DNA of 63,163 nt, the filler included, from Octopus bimaculoides (lineage: Eukaryota), in the NCBI RefSeq assembly GCF_001194135.2. It is 4 parts of 3 records of this genome, joined end to end, with 100 filler letters (N's around TTAATTAATTAA, not from the genome) between each part and the next. Parts side by side here need not be neighbours in the genome. Positions count along the whole stretch, not along the records: positions 1 to 28,068 come from NC_068982.1; 3 more parts are not named here. One strand, written 5' to 3'. Positions 1 through 12,780 of this stretch are shown here, piece after piece. Made by a program: the position numbers and the translations under genes. Below the pieces are notes generated by a model. It had not been told where the DNA came from and made no database searches. It saw nothing but the letters and a program-made list of their open reading frames with translations. The stretch's first letter is position 1; every line of letters begins with the position of its first letter.

Positions 1-423
1 GTGTGTGTGTGTGTGTGTGCATATTATGAACCGAAATACCTAAGACTTAGAAAATTATGCAAGAGCGATATATAAAAATACAAAGAGAATTAGTGAAGCT
101 GGAAGATCCTGCCGTAGTTATATTTATTGAGGTTCATTATTACCAATAATCAAATTTGTAGAGCGATGCGTGAAAGGTCTAGCAACCAAGTGAAAGAAAA
201 GATAGTTGGTGATGTTATAGGGATCTAATTTTTTGCAGACTCCTGATTAGATTCAATACTCTAGAATCATCTCCGATCTTATTTTGTTTGTCTTTTAAAC
301 TTACTTTAACGCATTTATATACTCCATAATTAGAATCTGTTGGATGATACTTCATTTTTATAAAATTATTTGATCCTCTCTTCTTTTTTTAATTGTTTTA
401 AGTTGTTCTATTACAGTTGTTAA

Positions 424-800
424 GGGAGGCGCAATGACCCAGTGGTTAGGGCAGCGGATTCGCGGTCATAGGATCGTGGTTTCGATTCCCAGACCGGGCG
501 TTGTGAGTGTTTATTGAGCGAAAACACATAAAGCAACACGAGGCTCCGGCAGGGGATGGTGGCGAACCCTGATGTACTCTTCCACCACAACTTTCTCTCA
601 CTCTTACTTCCTGTTTCTGTTGTGCCTGTAATTCAAGGGGCCAGTCTTCTCACACTGTGTCACGCTGAATATCCCCGAGTACTACGTTAAGGGTACACGT
701 GTCTGTGGAGTGCTCAGCCACTTGCACGTTAATTTCACGAGCAGGCTGTTCCGTTGATCGGATCAACTGGAACCCTCGATGTCGTAAGCGATGAAGTGCC
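424..800 (+). mobile_element. tRNA-derived SINE, near full length
   Basis: Pol III A box TGACCCAGTGG and B box GGTTTCGATTCC in a tRNA-like head, a ~300 bp body, and a (GTT)n tract just downstream. Confidence 0.8.
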
Positions 801-830
801 ACTAAAACAGTTGTTATATACATTATTACG

Positions 831-831
831 G

Positions 832-863
<32 letters not shown>

Positions 864-874
864 GATATTGTTGT
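831..874. repeat. (GTT)n microsatellite
   Basis: Direct reading. Confidence 0.95.
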
Positions 875-876
875 TA

Positions 877-1415
877 TAAAGACGGTGAACTGGTAGAATT
901 GTTAGCGCACAGGACAAAATGCTTAGTTCTGTTTCTTTCGGCCTTACATTCTGACTTGAAATTCCACAGAGATTAACTTTACCATCCATCCTTAAAAGGT
1001 CGACAAAACAAGAACCAACCGAGCACTGGGGTCAATGTGATTCGACTTGCTTCTCCCCATGTATTTTATGCCTTGCGTCTATAGTAGAAAGAATTGTTAT
1101 TAACATGGTGGAGAAGCAGAATCGCTAAAGCGTCTGACAAAATACTTTGCAGAATTTCTTTCGTTTTTTTTTTTTTTTCGTTCAGAGTTCAAATTCTAGC
1201 GAAACCAATTGTGTCTTTTGTCGTTTCGGGGTCGATAAAAAAAAGTGCCAGTCACATTCTTGAGCCCATGTAATCGACTAACTCTATCCCGCCAAAAACT
1301 ACTGGCCTTGTACCAACTTTTGAAACATTTAAAGCAACAAGCTGCCAGAAACGTTTGCACTTCGGACAAAATGCTTATCAGCATTTCTTCTGGATTTTTA
1401 CGCTCGAATCCCAGC
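877..1415 (+). mobile_element. Cluster of 2-3 diverged copies of the abundant 'AAGGCGGCGAGCTGGCAGAA...TTTCGGGGTCGATAAA' SINE family
   Basis: Shares CTGAGTTCAAATTCC / CTTTCGGGGTCGATAAAA / CTGGGGTCGATGTAATCGACT motifs with many other copies in the window. Confidence 0.75.
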
Positions 1416-2159
1416 NNNNNNNNNNNNNNNNNNNNNNNNNNNNNNNNNNNNNNNNNNNNNNNNNNNNNNNNNNNNNNNNNNNNNNNNNNNNNNNNNNNNN
1501 NNNNNNNNNNNNNNNNNNNNNNNNNNNNNNNNNNNNNNNNNNNNNNNNNNNNNNNNNNNNNNNNNNNNNNNNNNNNNNNNNNNNNNNNNNNNNNNNNNNN
1601 NNNNNNNNNNNNNNNNNNNNNNNNNNNNNNNNNNNNNNNNNNNNNNNNNNNNNNNNNNNNNNNNNNNNNNNNNNNNNNNNNNNNNNNNNNNNNNNNNNNN
1701 NNNNNNNNNNNNNNNNNNNNNNNNNNNNNNNNNNNNNNNNNNNNNNNNNNNNNNNNNNNNNNNNNNNNNNNNNNNNNNNNNNNNNNNNNNNNNNNNNNNN
1801 NNNNNNNNNNNNNNNNNNNNNNNNNNNNNNNNNNNNNNNNNNNNNNNNNNNNNNNNNNNNNNNNNNNNNNNNNNNNNNNNNNNNNNNNNNNNNNNNNNNN
1901 NNNNNNNNNNNNNNNNNNNNNNNNNNNNNNNNNNNNNNNNNNNNNNNNNNNNNNNNNNNNNNNNNNNNNNNNNNNNNNNNNNNNNNNNNNNNNNNNNNNN
2001 NNNNNNNNNNNNNNNNNNNNNNNNNNNNNNNNNNNNNNNNNNNNNNNNNNNNNNNNNNNNNNNNNNNNNNNNNNNNNNNNNNNNNNNNNNNNNNNNNNNN
2101 NNNNNNNNNNNNNNNNNNNNNNNNNNNNNNNNNNNNNNNNNNNNNNNNNNNNNNNNNTA

Positions 2160-2615
2160 TATTCTCTTTCTCTCTCGTTGCTCACACGTGACCACCATCT
2201 GTCTTTCTTTTCCTTCAGTCTGTCGCACAGACCAGACGCATTCTTATCTGTCTCCTCTCCTATCTTTTCCCTTGTCAAAGAATAATCCTCCAGCGTTCGC
2301 CACCTTACCTCGTCTGGCCTAACGGCCCTCCATGCTTGTTTTCGTTTGGTTTGTTGTATGTTTCCACTGTCCTGTTTTTGTTAACAAATTTGACGCTCCG
2401 CAAATCTTAAACTTTATTTTGGTGCGCGGGAGTAACTGTTTTTCGAAGCCTAATATTGTCCTGAATTGTTCGAAATGTGGAGTAGATGAACAGCCGACAA
2501 CTGATGAAGGGTCGCTCTTTATGTTACTGGTCTTGTTTTCCACTTCTTTCTCTCGTTGTTCGCATACCCAAGTTGCCTCCGTATTTCATGCTGTTTACGG
2601 TTTGTGACGTCCTGT
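2160..2615 (+). repeat. Interspersed repeat, possibly a non-autonomous PLE-related element; same family as 41565-41955 in opposite orientation
   Basis: CACGTGACCA.C, CCACTGTCCTGTTT and CAACTGATGAAGGG segments match the reverse complement of 41565-41955; ends in a TA/TG microsatellite. Confidence 0.6.
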
Positions 2616-2653
2616 ATCCATATATGTATGTACATATATGTATGTATATATGC

Positions 2654-2686
<33 letters not shown>

Positions 2687-2765
2687 CGCGGGTATATATA
2701 TGTGTGTGTTTGTGTGTGTATATATATATATGTGTGTGTGTGTGTGTACATAATACATATACACA
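2616..2765. repeat. Compound (TA)/(TG) microsatellite
   Basis: Direct reading. Confidence 0.95.
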
Positions 2766-3139
2766 CTCTTATTTCTAGTAATACCTGTACCACTTAGTAC
2801 TCTCAGTCACTTGAGTGACGTCTATAAATTTGTCTTTAGGTTGTTGAATTGCTAATAAGCCACCCATATTAGTCATAGTTTTCACTTTTACCGTCTTTAA
2901 AATCAGCGTATGAGTTCAACGGTGGCTTTCTTATAAGCCGACAAGGTGAGCTGAGCCACCGATCATGATTAAGATGCTCTACATCAAAATGCTATGTCCG
3001 CAAAGAGATCTTATCTCCTTTGTCAGTCAGTAAGATAGTGCTCTTGTGGCTAGTGAGTCGGTTTGACTTATTTCTAGCAATAAGAAACCTCAGGATTACA
3101 AGAAGGTCAAGAGGACTAAGGGGATTAATAGCTGAAGTA

Positions 3140-3600
3140 GAGAAATCAATATTTATACTGTAAGTATGTATTACATAATCGATATCGACAGTTTATCAAC
3201 AGATCGCTCTGTTTATAGATACAAATTTTAGATTGCATAATATAAGGAATCTGAATAATGCAGATTCCACACTTGTTGCTATAACCCCTATATGGTCTAG
3301 CGTGCTTGATACTGTAAACCGCTGAATTCCGTTTTAAATCATGGATTAGCCTTGACAGAGATGTACAATTAGTTCTAGCATCCGAACGAAAGCTAGAGTG
3401 GTGGTAATGAAATCTCACCTTGAAAGCGGTACTGCACGTACCAACACAAACAAATCAAGATTGATCTGTAGAAAACGTGCACTTATACTCAATATACTTA
3501 GCAAGACATTTATTATCAAAAGAGCAGAAGGCACGGTGTTTCCTGTTACATTGTTTCGTCGCAGGCGCTATAGGAGTATTAAAGGAAGTACCTGCTCCTA
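3140..3600 (-). pseudogene. Penelope-like element, GIY-YIG endonuclease fragment (decayed)
   Basis: Minus-strand ORFs 3455-3769 and 3146-3418 join into CNRKHRAFCSFDNKCLAKYIEYKCTFST..FVCVGTCSTAFKVRFHYHHSSF..NCTSLS..CGIC, matching the PLE CNC..CP..G.C..VY..YIG..FK.R...H..SF..T.LS..C..C pattern. Confidence 0.75.
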
Positions 3601-3663
3601 AGGCTATATGAGTATTAAAGAGGCTACATGTTCTAGTCTCATGAGGTACTGCAACCGTTGTAG

Positions 3664-3870
3664 TGAGTGTGCTATCCGTATAATTTAAGTGATAGTTGCT
3701 ATCACCTCCGATGACGCCCACTCCATTATATATATCCAGAATGTAAGGAGTAGAAAAGGTAAAGCACAAGCTACAACTGTTTCATATCAAACTGAAGTTT
3801 GTGGATAATGGATTGGACGTCATCGGAGATGACAGCAACTATCACTTAAATTATACGGATAGTACACTCA
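3664..3870. mobile_element. ~205 bp fold-back (MITE-like) element with ~65 bp imperfect inverted repeats
   Basis: GAGTGTGCTATCCGTATAATTTAAGTGATAGTTGCTATCACCTCCGATGACG (from 3665) versus CGTCATCGGAGATGACAGCAACTATCACTTAAATTATACGGATAGTACACTC (ending 3869). Confidence 0.75.
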
Positions 3871-3884
3871 TATATATATACAAG

Positions 3885-4150
3885 TGCATGTGCCCTAGTG
3901 GTTAGAGAGCAGCACACGCGATCGCGGTTTCAATTCCTTGATTGAGTGGTGCGTGGTGTTCTTGAGCAAAGACACTTCATCTCATGTTGCTCTTCGACAT
4001 CTGACGTGTGATGCAACGTGCACATGTTCAGGCAACGTCGATTTGATAGCGAGAGTGAGCTAATGGCGAGCACATACATTAGATCTCAATAAGCAGATAA
4101 TTCGTGCAGGTCCTTCAGGAAAAACTGAATGCTCATACGTCGTTTTCGAC
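3885..4150 (+). mobile_element. tRNA-derived SINE, diverged (TTGAGCAAGACACTT family)
   Basis: GCCCTAGTGGTTAGAG A-box-like, GGTTTCAATTCC B-box-like, CORE-like TTCTTGAGCAAAGACACTTCAT. Confidence 0.65.
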
Positions 4151-4214
4151 AGCAGATTCCATCATATACATGCACACACATGTGCACGTGCATATATATA
4201 ACGTTTCATCTTTT

Positions 4215-4622
4215 ACTTCTTTCAGTCATTAGAATACGGCCCTGCTGGGGCACCGCATTGAAGAAGTTTTAGTCAAATGTATCGACCCTTGTACCTATTT
4301 CCTTAAAGCCTGGTACTTATTATATCGGGGTCTTTTACTGAACTGCTAAGTTGCTGAGACGTAAATACACCAGCACCTGTTGTCAAGCAGTGTTGGAAGA
4401 ATAAACAGACACACAAACACACACATACATACATGCATGCATACATACATACATACATATATACATAATATATACATACAGAGGTCTACCAAATCCATGC
4501 ACAAGGCTCTGGTCGGCCCGAGGCTATAGTAGAAGGCACTTGCCTAAGGAGCCACGCAGTAGAACTAAACCCAGAACCATGTGGTATTGCAGCAAACTTC
4601 TTACACACAGCCACGCCTGCAC
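4215..4622 (-). mobile_element. tRNA/CORE-type SINE with internal microsatellite
   Basis: Reverse complement of the 18960-19322 family (CTTGGGCAAGTGTCTTCTACTATAGCCTCGGGCCGACC...GACTGAAA...AGTAAAAG). Confidence 0.8.
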
Positions 4623-4848
4623 CAACACACACACACACACATATATATTTGTACGCAAAGATATGTGTGTGTGCGTGTGTGTGCGCGCCCTAACGTAAGA
4701 CCGTAAACGAATACAAACGATGATTACACAAAAATATTATGTAAACAAATATAAGAAGTTGACAAATTAAACAATTGGGTTGTGACTGCTGGAAAGAGGA
4801 AAAGCTATACTACAGCTGGACTGACAGTTTATCTATCGACCACAAAGT
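4484..4848 (+). repeat. 365 bp segmental duplicate, copy 1 (copy 2 at 15792-16156)
   Basis: Near-identical, including non-repeat flank; 5 substitutions counted by eye. Confidence 0.9.
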
Positions 4849-5106
4849 GTTGAACAGCGAGGTTGATCGCAGCTGGATTTTAATTCGAAATGGAGAGAGC
4901 TGGGACAGATTATGCAAGCAATCTAGCCGATCTTTTAACAACTTTGTGTATCGACTANNNNNNNNNNNNNNNNNNNNNNNNNNNNNNNNNNNNNNNNNNN
5001 NNNNNNNNNNNNNNNNNNNNNNNNNNNNNNNNNNNNNNNNNNNNNNNNNNNNNNNNNNNNNNNNNNNNNNNNNNNNNNNNNNNNNNNNNNNNNNNNNNNN
5101 NNNNNN

Positions 5107-5145
<39 letters not shown>

Positions 5146-5719
5146 GGGAAAGAGAATTGGTAGTCAGATAAGCTATAGAAGATTAAAGAGATAGGCAGAT
5201 TTAGATAGAACATGTTTCTCTATGTAGAGATGCTTCCTTCTAAAATTAAACTTGCAGCCAATACTTATGAGTCATTTATAAAAGTTAATTTCATTGACTT
5301 AAGGAAGTTAACCGATAATTACTAAAATATAGGTCAGCGTTTTCATATCAGCTAAAACAAAATAAGAAAATGTCTGTGAACTGTTTGTTGATATAAATGG
5401 AATTGTGTATAATTATTTTAATTTAAATTCTGAATTTAAGACATGTGTTCAGTTATTAAAACAGTGTTTATATTCTGACGACAAATTTTATATAGAAAAT
5501 CGATGAATTATACTCATCGTACAATCGATTTTTACCACTCTTTGCAGCCGATGGGCAGTAATGTGCTGCAGATTGCAGACAGTAGTACTAGCTGCTTCAT
5601 AAAGTCTGATTTTAGTTTTCGTCATAAGTTCAAATTGCACCGAGGCAGTCTGTATTTATCCTAAATGATGTGCTCCAGGAAATATCAAATATGTTTGTGT
5701 TTATCTAATTAGTCTCGTT

Positions 5720-5945
5720 GAGGTCGGCGAGCTGGCAGAATCATTAGCACATAGGAAAAAATGCTTTGCAGTACTTCTTACGACTCCTTTACTTTCTGAA
5801 TTCAAATCCGCCGAGGTCGACTTTGTCTTCCATCCTTCTGTGGTCGATAAAATGAATACCACTCCAGTACTGAAATTAATGTAATCGATGTAATCAACTT
5901 GCCCTTCCCATCTAAACTGCTGACTTGTGCCAAATTTAGAAACAA
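5720..5945 (+). mobile_element. SINE (GGCGAGCTGGCAGAA family)
   Basis: Family motifs GAGCTGGCAGAATCATTAGCA, CCGAGGTCGACTTTG, GATGTAATC. Confidence 0.8.
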
Positions 5946-6239
5946 AGATATTTGCTCAGTTGTAAATACTGTATTTAGTTTATAGATTTCACCATGATGC
6001 CTGTCGTCTCAACTGTAACAAAGATCCTCTCCACAGCTCCATTTACACATACACGTATAATGTATAGTACAGCTCTGTTTATACATACACGTATAGACAC
6101 ACCTCTGTATGTATATTTCTACACATATTCATCATTTATACAAAATTAACAGTTCTTTGTTTGATATCTAGAAAAATTATGATTTTTCTAGAAAACTTTT
6201 CTCACGTTCTTTCAAATATTTTGTTATTAATTTGCTGGT

Positions 6240-7100
6240 GTTTCCGACATTCTATCCAATGCAACGAAACAGCATTTTGCTTATAAATTCTAACTTTTAT
6301 CCGCCTTTAGCTGGTAACAAATATATTCTGTTGTGTCAATTTCAGATTAGTATGTGCTAAAATTGTCTTGCCGAGTCTTGTATTTCCGTTTTTATCAATT
6401 TGACCATCACCCAGTCTATTATATTGACACTATTTATATTCATAACGGCACTGTTAATTTATTAATATCCACAACATTGTTTCTGATAATAAACTAGATT
6501 CTAATAACCTAATCTAAAGCGCATATGAAACTATTTATAGATTTTTCGCCATAGGCAGTACTTTAATGCTCCTCCACGATTCCAATCTCATAGCGAGTTT
6601 AATACACCTTCTCTCTCTCTCTCTCTTTATCTATCTATCTCTCTCTCTCTCTATCTATCTATCTACCTCTCTCTCTTTCTCTCTCTCGCGCGAGCATATA
6701 GTTTTGATTTATTCTGACTAAATATGTTATTATTTAAAGACCGTCATTGAAGAACGCTGGGATATATTCATTATACTACGCCATGTTTCACTTTTCTTTT
6801 CTGATATTACCTAGTTTATCAATATACTTTTAGAGATATAGATAAACCTTATAGCGATAATCGTTTCTCCGACATCTCTTTTGTTCATAAAGCAATATAT
6901 TACTATCTACAATGTGTGTATTTGTCTTTCTGAGAGTATATTGATTTGATAGTTGTGCTAAAAGTGAACAGACAAGTGCAATACCAATAATTCTGATGGG
7001 ATTTTGTGCTTCATATTCAAACATTAGAGCTGTTTTCTCCACCGTAAGTTATTCTAATTCTTAATAGTGTTAAAATGTCTTCCCGATAATGACAAGTGCC
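6240..7100 (-). pseudogene. Possible highly decayed Penelope-like RT fragments
   Basis: Weak translated resemblance (IIDWV..; LVCSLLAQLSN) to PLE RT segments, with many stops and frameshifts. Confidence 0.25.
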
Positions 7101-8069
7101 TCTAGCAGGTATTTTTTTATTACGTCAAGATTTCATATACTTATATTTACTTAACTTTATCTTGAAGTATTTCTCACTCTATCGATGCATTGGCGCGATA
7201 TTTAAATAATTCTTCTTCTTACCATTATCCTTACTACAAAAGTCTCGTAAAGCCAATGGAAATTTGTTAGCGGAAGATAGATTGTTTATAATTTCATTAT
7301 AATAAACAAACAAACCACTACAATAGTAAAACTAGATGGATAAACAAAAATATATAAAAAGTGGAATATCACAGAAAATGGCGAGTGTAGCAGTTGATTA
7401 TGTCGATCTTAGTACTTAACACTGGCTATTTTATTGACCATAGCAAGATGAAAAATAAAGTTAACGTCAGTGACATTTAAACTCAGAACAGAAATAATAG
7501 TAATCTGAATATCACAAAGTGAGGATGCCCCTACTCGGTCGCTCGACCTGTTAGAAATAAGATTCACATCTCAAACTCGCACTGCAACTTCTTAGAAAAG
7601 AGAATTGACAAATGTTGTCCTAGAACTTCTGTGCATAAGAAAAAGACGAAATTTGTCGTGACTGTTATGCTTTTGATCGCAGGTCTGTTGGAATAGGTGT
7701 AGTCTGGGGTTAAACAGTAATAACCACAGGATAAATCTACCTGATGTTCCTCTATTCTTGCTAACTATCCTCCTTATATAAGTATTGTAATATATGTGGT
7801 TGTTTGGCGACGAGACTAGAACATTACAGTCTTAATTATATATCAACCTATGAACAATAGAGTCATACCATGGATCAGACATCCTGATTCATTGCATTTA
7901 TGATAAAGTGATAAAAAAGTGTCTTTGCAATTCGGACGAGATTAATAGCACGAACGGTTTTAATAGAAAACATCTGCTAATACACACATACACACACTCA
8001 GAAACACACACATAGACACACTCACACACATGCACGCACGCACACACACATATTCTCCAAAGAGACAAT

Positions 8070-9155
8070 GTGTAAGTATATGTTATCTTGGGTCAGCTTG
8101 GAAGCATGATAACTTGGTCAACGACCTCAGATCACTAGACATAAATGTGTTGGCCAATGCTGGAATGCACCAACTCGCACTCATTTTGACGACCACAGGG
8201 TGTAGTCGAAAAACGTGATGCGGTGGTGTAGCAGCGCTTTTCCAGAAAGAATTCGGTCTAGAAGTACAGAAAATCTCCGAGGATCAGACCGTAAGTCGGT
8301 TGTACAAGATATAGACGATAGTAAAGGTAGTGGTTTTAAAAACAGAGCAGCTAGATTTCTTTAGACATCTAGAAGCTTTCTTGTGTATAGCTGCTTTTTA
8401 GTACAAGTGTAAAAATGGAATTGTCTTTTAAACGAGCGATGGGATAGTATAGAGCTAACCGATAGGAGAAAGGAATTAAAAAGCCTCGAAAACCTACTCA
8501 GACAATTCAGATTGTTTGAATTTTCTTCATATTTCAGTGTGGACGTAAAGCAACTGCAATGACCGATCCTAATCGTAACAAGGTACAAAACAGAGTGTTT
8601 GTTATGCTAACGAATACAGATAATCTAATCTAGTAGGGTAACCAATCCATATATTTATATGCACATACTTAGATATGACTTGCAAACAGGTTCTTAGTAA
8701 TTGGTATTTGAATTCATCTTTCCTGACATGCAAAGATTACAGGGACCGGATTAACATACTAGTCAAGGAACAGTTAACAGGGATAGTGGTCAACACCGAT
8801 AGTGGAGCGCTTTGAGAAAGCTGATTAGATATGAGTCAACGCATTTCGTAAAGTGCTGATGAGTGTCTCTTCGGCAGCACTTTGTTTAACTTGTCGAATC
8901 AAGCAATTGTTATAGACTTCACAGCCGACCGCTACAACCTGCCATGGTTGAATGCCGAAGATGCGAGACACTGTGACTGGCCAATATCGGTACCTGAGAC
9001 TAGGAAGTTAGTGAGCGGTTGTGCAAAGGACAAATCACCTGCTTTAAATTATTTGCTCAATGAGTTTTATGGTTATATGCCGGATTTGCCTGGCAAGTTA
9101 TTGGCAATTGTCTACTACAACTGGCAGCAGAACGAGGAAATTCCAGTATTGTAAA
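8070..9155 (+). pseudogene. Tx1/L1-like LINE ORF2 fragment (APE endonuclease to start of RT)
   Basis: LGSAWKHDNLVNDLRSLDINVLA; GGVAALFQKEFGLEVQKISEDQT; ORF 8882-9154 LPWLNAEDARHCDWPISVPE..AKDKSPALNYLLNEFYG matches the Tx1 'K.KSPG.DGLP.EFY' region. Confidence 0.7.
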
Positions 9156-9159
9156 CGGA

Positions 9160-11900
9160 GAGAATTTAGTTTCTAACTCCTATAATTTCTGTTGTTCTTA
9201 CTTCATCTTTCTCATAATTTGTCGGCCATTTTAGTTTTGTTTCGCATTTGTTGACTTTCTTGAAAACTGTTTTTGTTTGTTTTATTCTTGTCTTGTAGCT
9301 ATTTGAATTAATTTTCCATGGTTCTCTACAGCATATTTTTATAGTCCTGCTGAGGATATTTTATAATAGTTTTCTAGTTGCCAAAAGGTTCTACTTTTTT
9401 TCCGTGGTAATCTTTCTGGATCTGAAGTTGTGATGTATTGTAGACAGAGCCACTTTGCTTACTTTTCAGTCTAGTCCGCCAGTTCATTTAGCTGAAAATA
9501 AACTCATTACTAAGACAGCTATTGTAATAATGCCTATTACCTTACTTCGTACACATAGCTCGGTTTTAAGTAATAATCTAATTTATCTATACTATTCCTT
9601 ACAAAGCTTTTCTTTCATTTGTCTGTGTTGTAACATGTCCTGTTCTTTGAATCCTAAGTATCTCTATGTTTGTTTCTTTGTCGTTATTCTTTTATTTCTA
9701 TTTTTGTATTAAGCATGATATTAGTATTCTTAATTAATGATTATCCCATCAAAGGTGTATTTTTCTAATCAGTCTGCGTACTGTCAACATCAGAATTTTA
9801 GCTGTTTATTATGTGCAGCATAAAGCTTGGTGTCATCCTTATACAAAGGATGGTTGATTGTCCTCCCATGTCATTTATATACGAGTTCAGTCATATTTAA
9901 CATATCAATTAAAACCGCTTGTGCCAGGAAGTGGAGGGAAGAGTTCTCTCAGAATATTTGCCTTCTAATATGGATGCAGTTAGTTCTGATTAATATGACT
10001 TTTGTTCAAATCTGTTACATGTTTTTTTTGTCATTTCTTTGCCATTACATGTTTAATGAATCGGTTTATTACTGGCGTTAGGAATAGTTAAAGTTTCCAG
10101 AATACACGCGCAATGAACACTGCCCAAAGTCTTCTGGTAGCAATCCATGTTATTCTGAGAGCCTTATTTCTTCTCATCCAACTTTATGTTCTGATTTCAT
10201 TGACCAGTATCTATATCAATAGCCACATGAACCTGTACAGTATTTCTTCAGTTTTTTTCTGAAAACAGGTTGGTTTTGTTTTGTTTTATCCTCAGATGTT
10301 TATTTATTCTGTAATAATACTGCAAACTCGGTTTTATATACTGAGATGGCAAGTTAGGGTCTTGTAGTTCTCAGGGTTTGCTGTTCCTTCAGTTTTGGTG
10401 GTTAACAAAGTTTTACATGCAGTGCTCTTACTTGACGCACTCTATTATGGTGTTGTTTGTTCCGTAATCTATATACCTTTGTAGAACCTTACGTGTCTCT
10501 GTCAGTTATTTTGACAAGACGTTTGGGATCTCGTCTGAACTGCTCCTTGTACCTCTATAGTCTCACAAGATTGTTCATATGCTGTGTTCGTTGCTTTCTA
10601 CAAACGCGTTTTAGGGAACTAATCAACTACCTCTACTCTTCTCCATAATTGTCTATACTTCTTCTTGTGGCTGCTTTAAGTTCTATTTTAGCTTTCCTAC
10701 TGTTGATAGAATCATTTTGACTTTGAATCTAATGTTCTTTGTTCTGTTTTGCATTTTGTTTATTTTTTGTTTTCTGCTCAAAGTATCGCGGTCACTTTTC
10801 ATACCAACAGATTCTTTGCGATCAACTGAAGTTCGAAATTTTCAGGAGTCCTTTGATTTTGATGACTACAATAATGTTACAACCCGACAGAAGGTATTTG
10901 TTTATCCTTTAGGTTTTCACTAGAGTCATTAGGTTATTGATCCCATTGAAGGATTATGAGATATTTTCTCTTATTTCCCATCTTCTTCTTTACATTATTT
11001 CTCCATGCCTTTTACTTGTATTTTTATATTTCTGTATATGTAGATCTGAGAAAATATACATATAACGGTTGTTGTATAGATTATTTCGTTTAACTTTGAC
11101 ACAATATTGTTCGTGTCATTTTTCATTGAGTAAGTAACTGCTAGTTTTGTGCTTTTTATTTGTTATCGTTGAATTTTATCCATAGGACTCAATTTCGCTG
11201 CCCCATAAAATTTATTTGTTTTTATTTTTAATTCTTTACTTCCACCTTTGGAAAGTCAAGTCCACGATATCGCCCTTAGGGAGTTTTTGTATTTTTAATC
11301 CCATAATTCTTTTTATTTGCATTGTTTTAGCTTGGATTCTGTAGGTATAGCAGAATGGACTTTATTATGCTGAGTTTGGTTTTATTCTTGATTGTTTTGT
11401 ATGTGTTACGTAAATATTTGAAACCTCCGAACAAAATATCTTTATTTTTGTTATTTGTTTTGTGTTCGTCGCATGCCCTTTCGTTGTGTACTGTTTCTTT
11501 CAAAAGTTATATTTCCATTTTGTATACTTTGAAGGTCTTGAGAATGCATTATTTTAAGTTAGCTAATCGGATGGAGTCCATCGTTATGTTAAAATCCGGG
11601 TTATTTTCTCTGCATTTTGTTATACATATACATTGTTGTGGTTTCATTTATGAGTATAACTATAAAATATACGCGCGGAGGAAAAATATATTCATCTCGT
11701 GTCCCTTGCGGGATTTCTGGATTCGATAAATAATATAACAGTCTCGGACAATAGACTTGTACAGACCATTGTTAGAGCGTCAAACTGTTTGTTTTGCGGT
11801 GTTAGTTCCGGTTATTTCCATTTTTAGATCATATCCCACCATGGTTTCCTTGATTAGTAAACTTATTCTGTCACTCAGTTTAATACCACCGCAGAGTCTT
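9160..11900 (-). pseudogene. Decayed non-LTR retrotransposon fragments (RT-like near 10350, APE-like near 11570)
   Basis: NPENYKTLTC resembles P.NYRPITC; PDFNITMD resembles GDFN; otherwise heavily degenerate, clade unresolved. Confidence 0.3.
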
Positions 11901-12169
11901 TGAGTGTGATTAGCGGAATTTAATTTGCTTTAAGTATTCCGGTCAGATCACCAGGACTACTCTCCTTGCTACAATATATGGAGCCCTCACCACCATCACC
12001 ATCACCGCCACCAAAAAGCCTTGAATTGGTTGAGTACCGATTTATTTGCTTCTATTCCATTCTCCTTCAACCAAACTCACCTCAAAATCGCTGGTCTTGT
12101 GTCTAAATTAACAAAAAAATATTATTTGCATTCTTATTCTCTGAATAATTGCTGGGCTTGTGTCTAAAA

Positions 12170-12335
12170 GAGGTAGCGAGGTGGCAGAATCGTTAGAGCT
12201 TCAGCGAAAATGCTTTGTAGCATTTCTTTCAGCTCTTTACATTCTAAGTTCAAATCCTCATGGAGGTCAGTTTTGACTTTTCATCATTCCAGTGTTGGTA
12301 AAATAAAGAACTGTTCTCGTACTGGAGTCGATGTC
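12170..12335 (+). mobile_element. SINE (GGCGAGCTGGCAGAA family), diverged
   Basis: GAGGTGGCAGAATCGTTAG..TTCTAAGTTCAAATCC motifs. Confidence 0.65.
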
Positions 12336-12344
12336 TTTGTACCT

Positions 12345-12780
12345 GTTTTTAAAAGCACACGACATTCTTCATCTAGAAAATTGTAAATTTTCTAAACCAG
12401 CTCTGATGTTCTGATGTCCCCCTTCTTTCCACAATTCTCAAAGTCTCTCCCTACATTCCCACCGTCCTTGAAACCCTTGTGCCAGCGAAAAATTTAATTC
12501 ATAAGCAGTCTAGAGCATTTCATAAGTTTTTGTATTGTTTGTGCCCAATCTGACACGATACGAGCTTCCAAACGTCCCAACTGCATTCTTCAAACTAGTC
12601 AGCTGAGACAAACGGTATTCAAGATTCTGTTACAACCGTCTCCTTCAATCTGGAATAACAAAAATATGTAGGCCATCCTATCAGATGTATAATAATAACG
12701 TACTGAAATTGCAATAATCAAGAACAGTCATAACTGGCTCTCCTAAACTGGTCTCAACACTTCTGTAATGCACCTTGCAT
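12345..12780 (-). pseudogene. mariner transposase N-terminal fragment
   Basis: YRVRLGTNNTKTYEML*TAYE..FRWHKGFKDG matches the mariner HTH 'KLGK.ATETY.ML..AY..F.WH.RFK.G'. Confidence 0.65.

Noticed and set aside
2465-2520. GAAA..GTA..CTGATGA in type II hammerhead order, also seen in the sister copy near 41600-41660
   Set aside because: No stem I hairpin forms and stem II pairing is not conserved between the two copies
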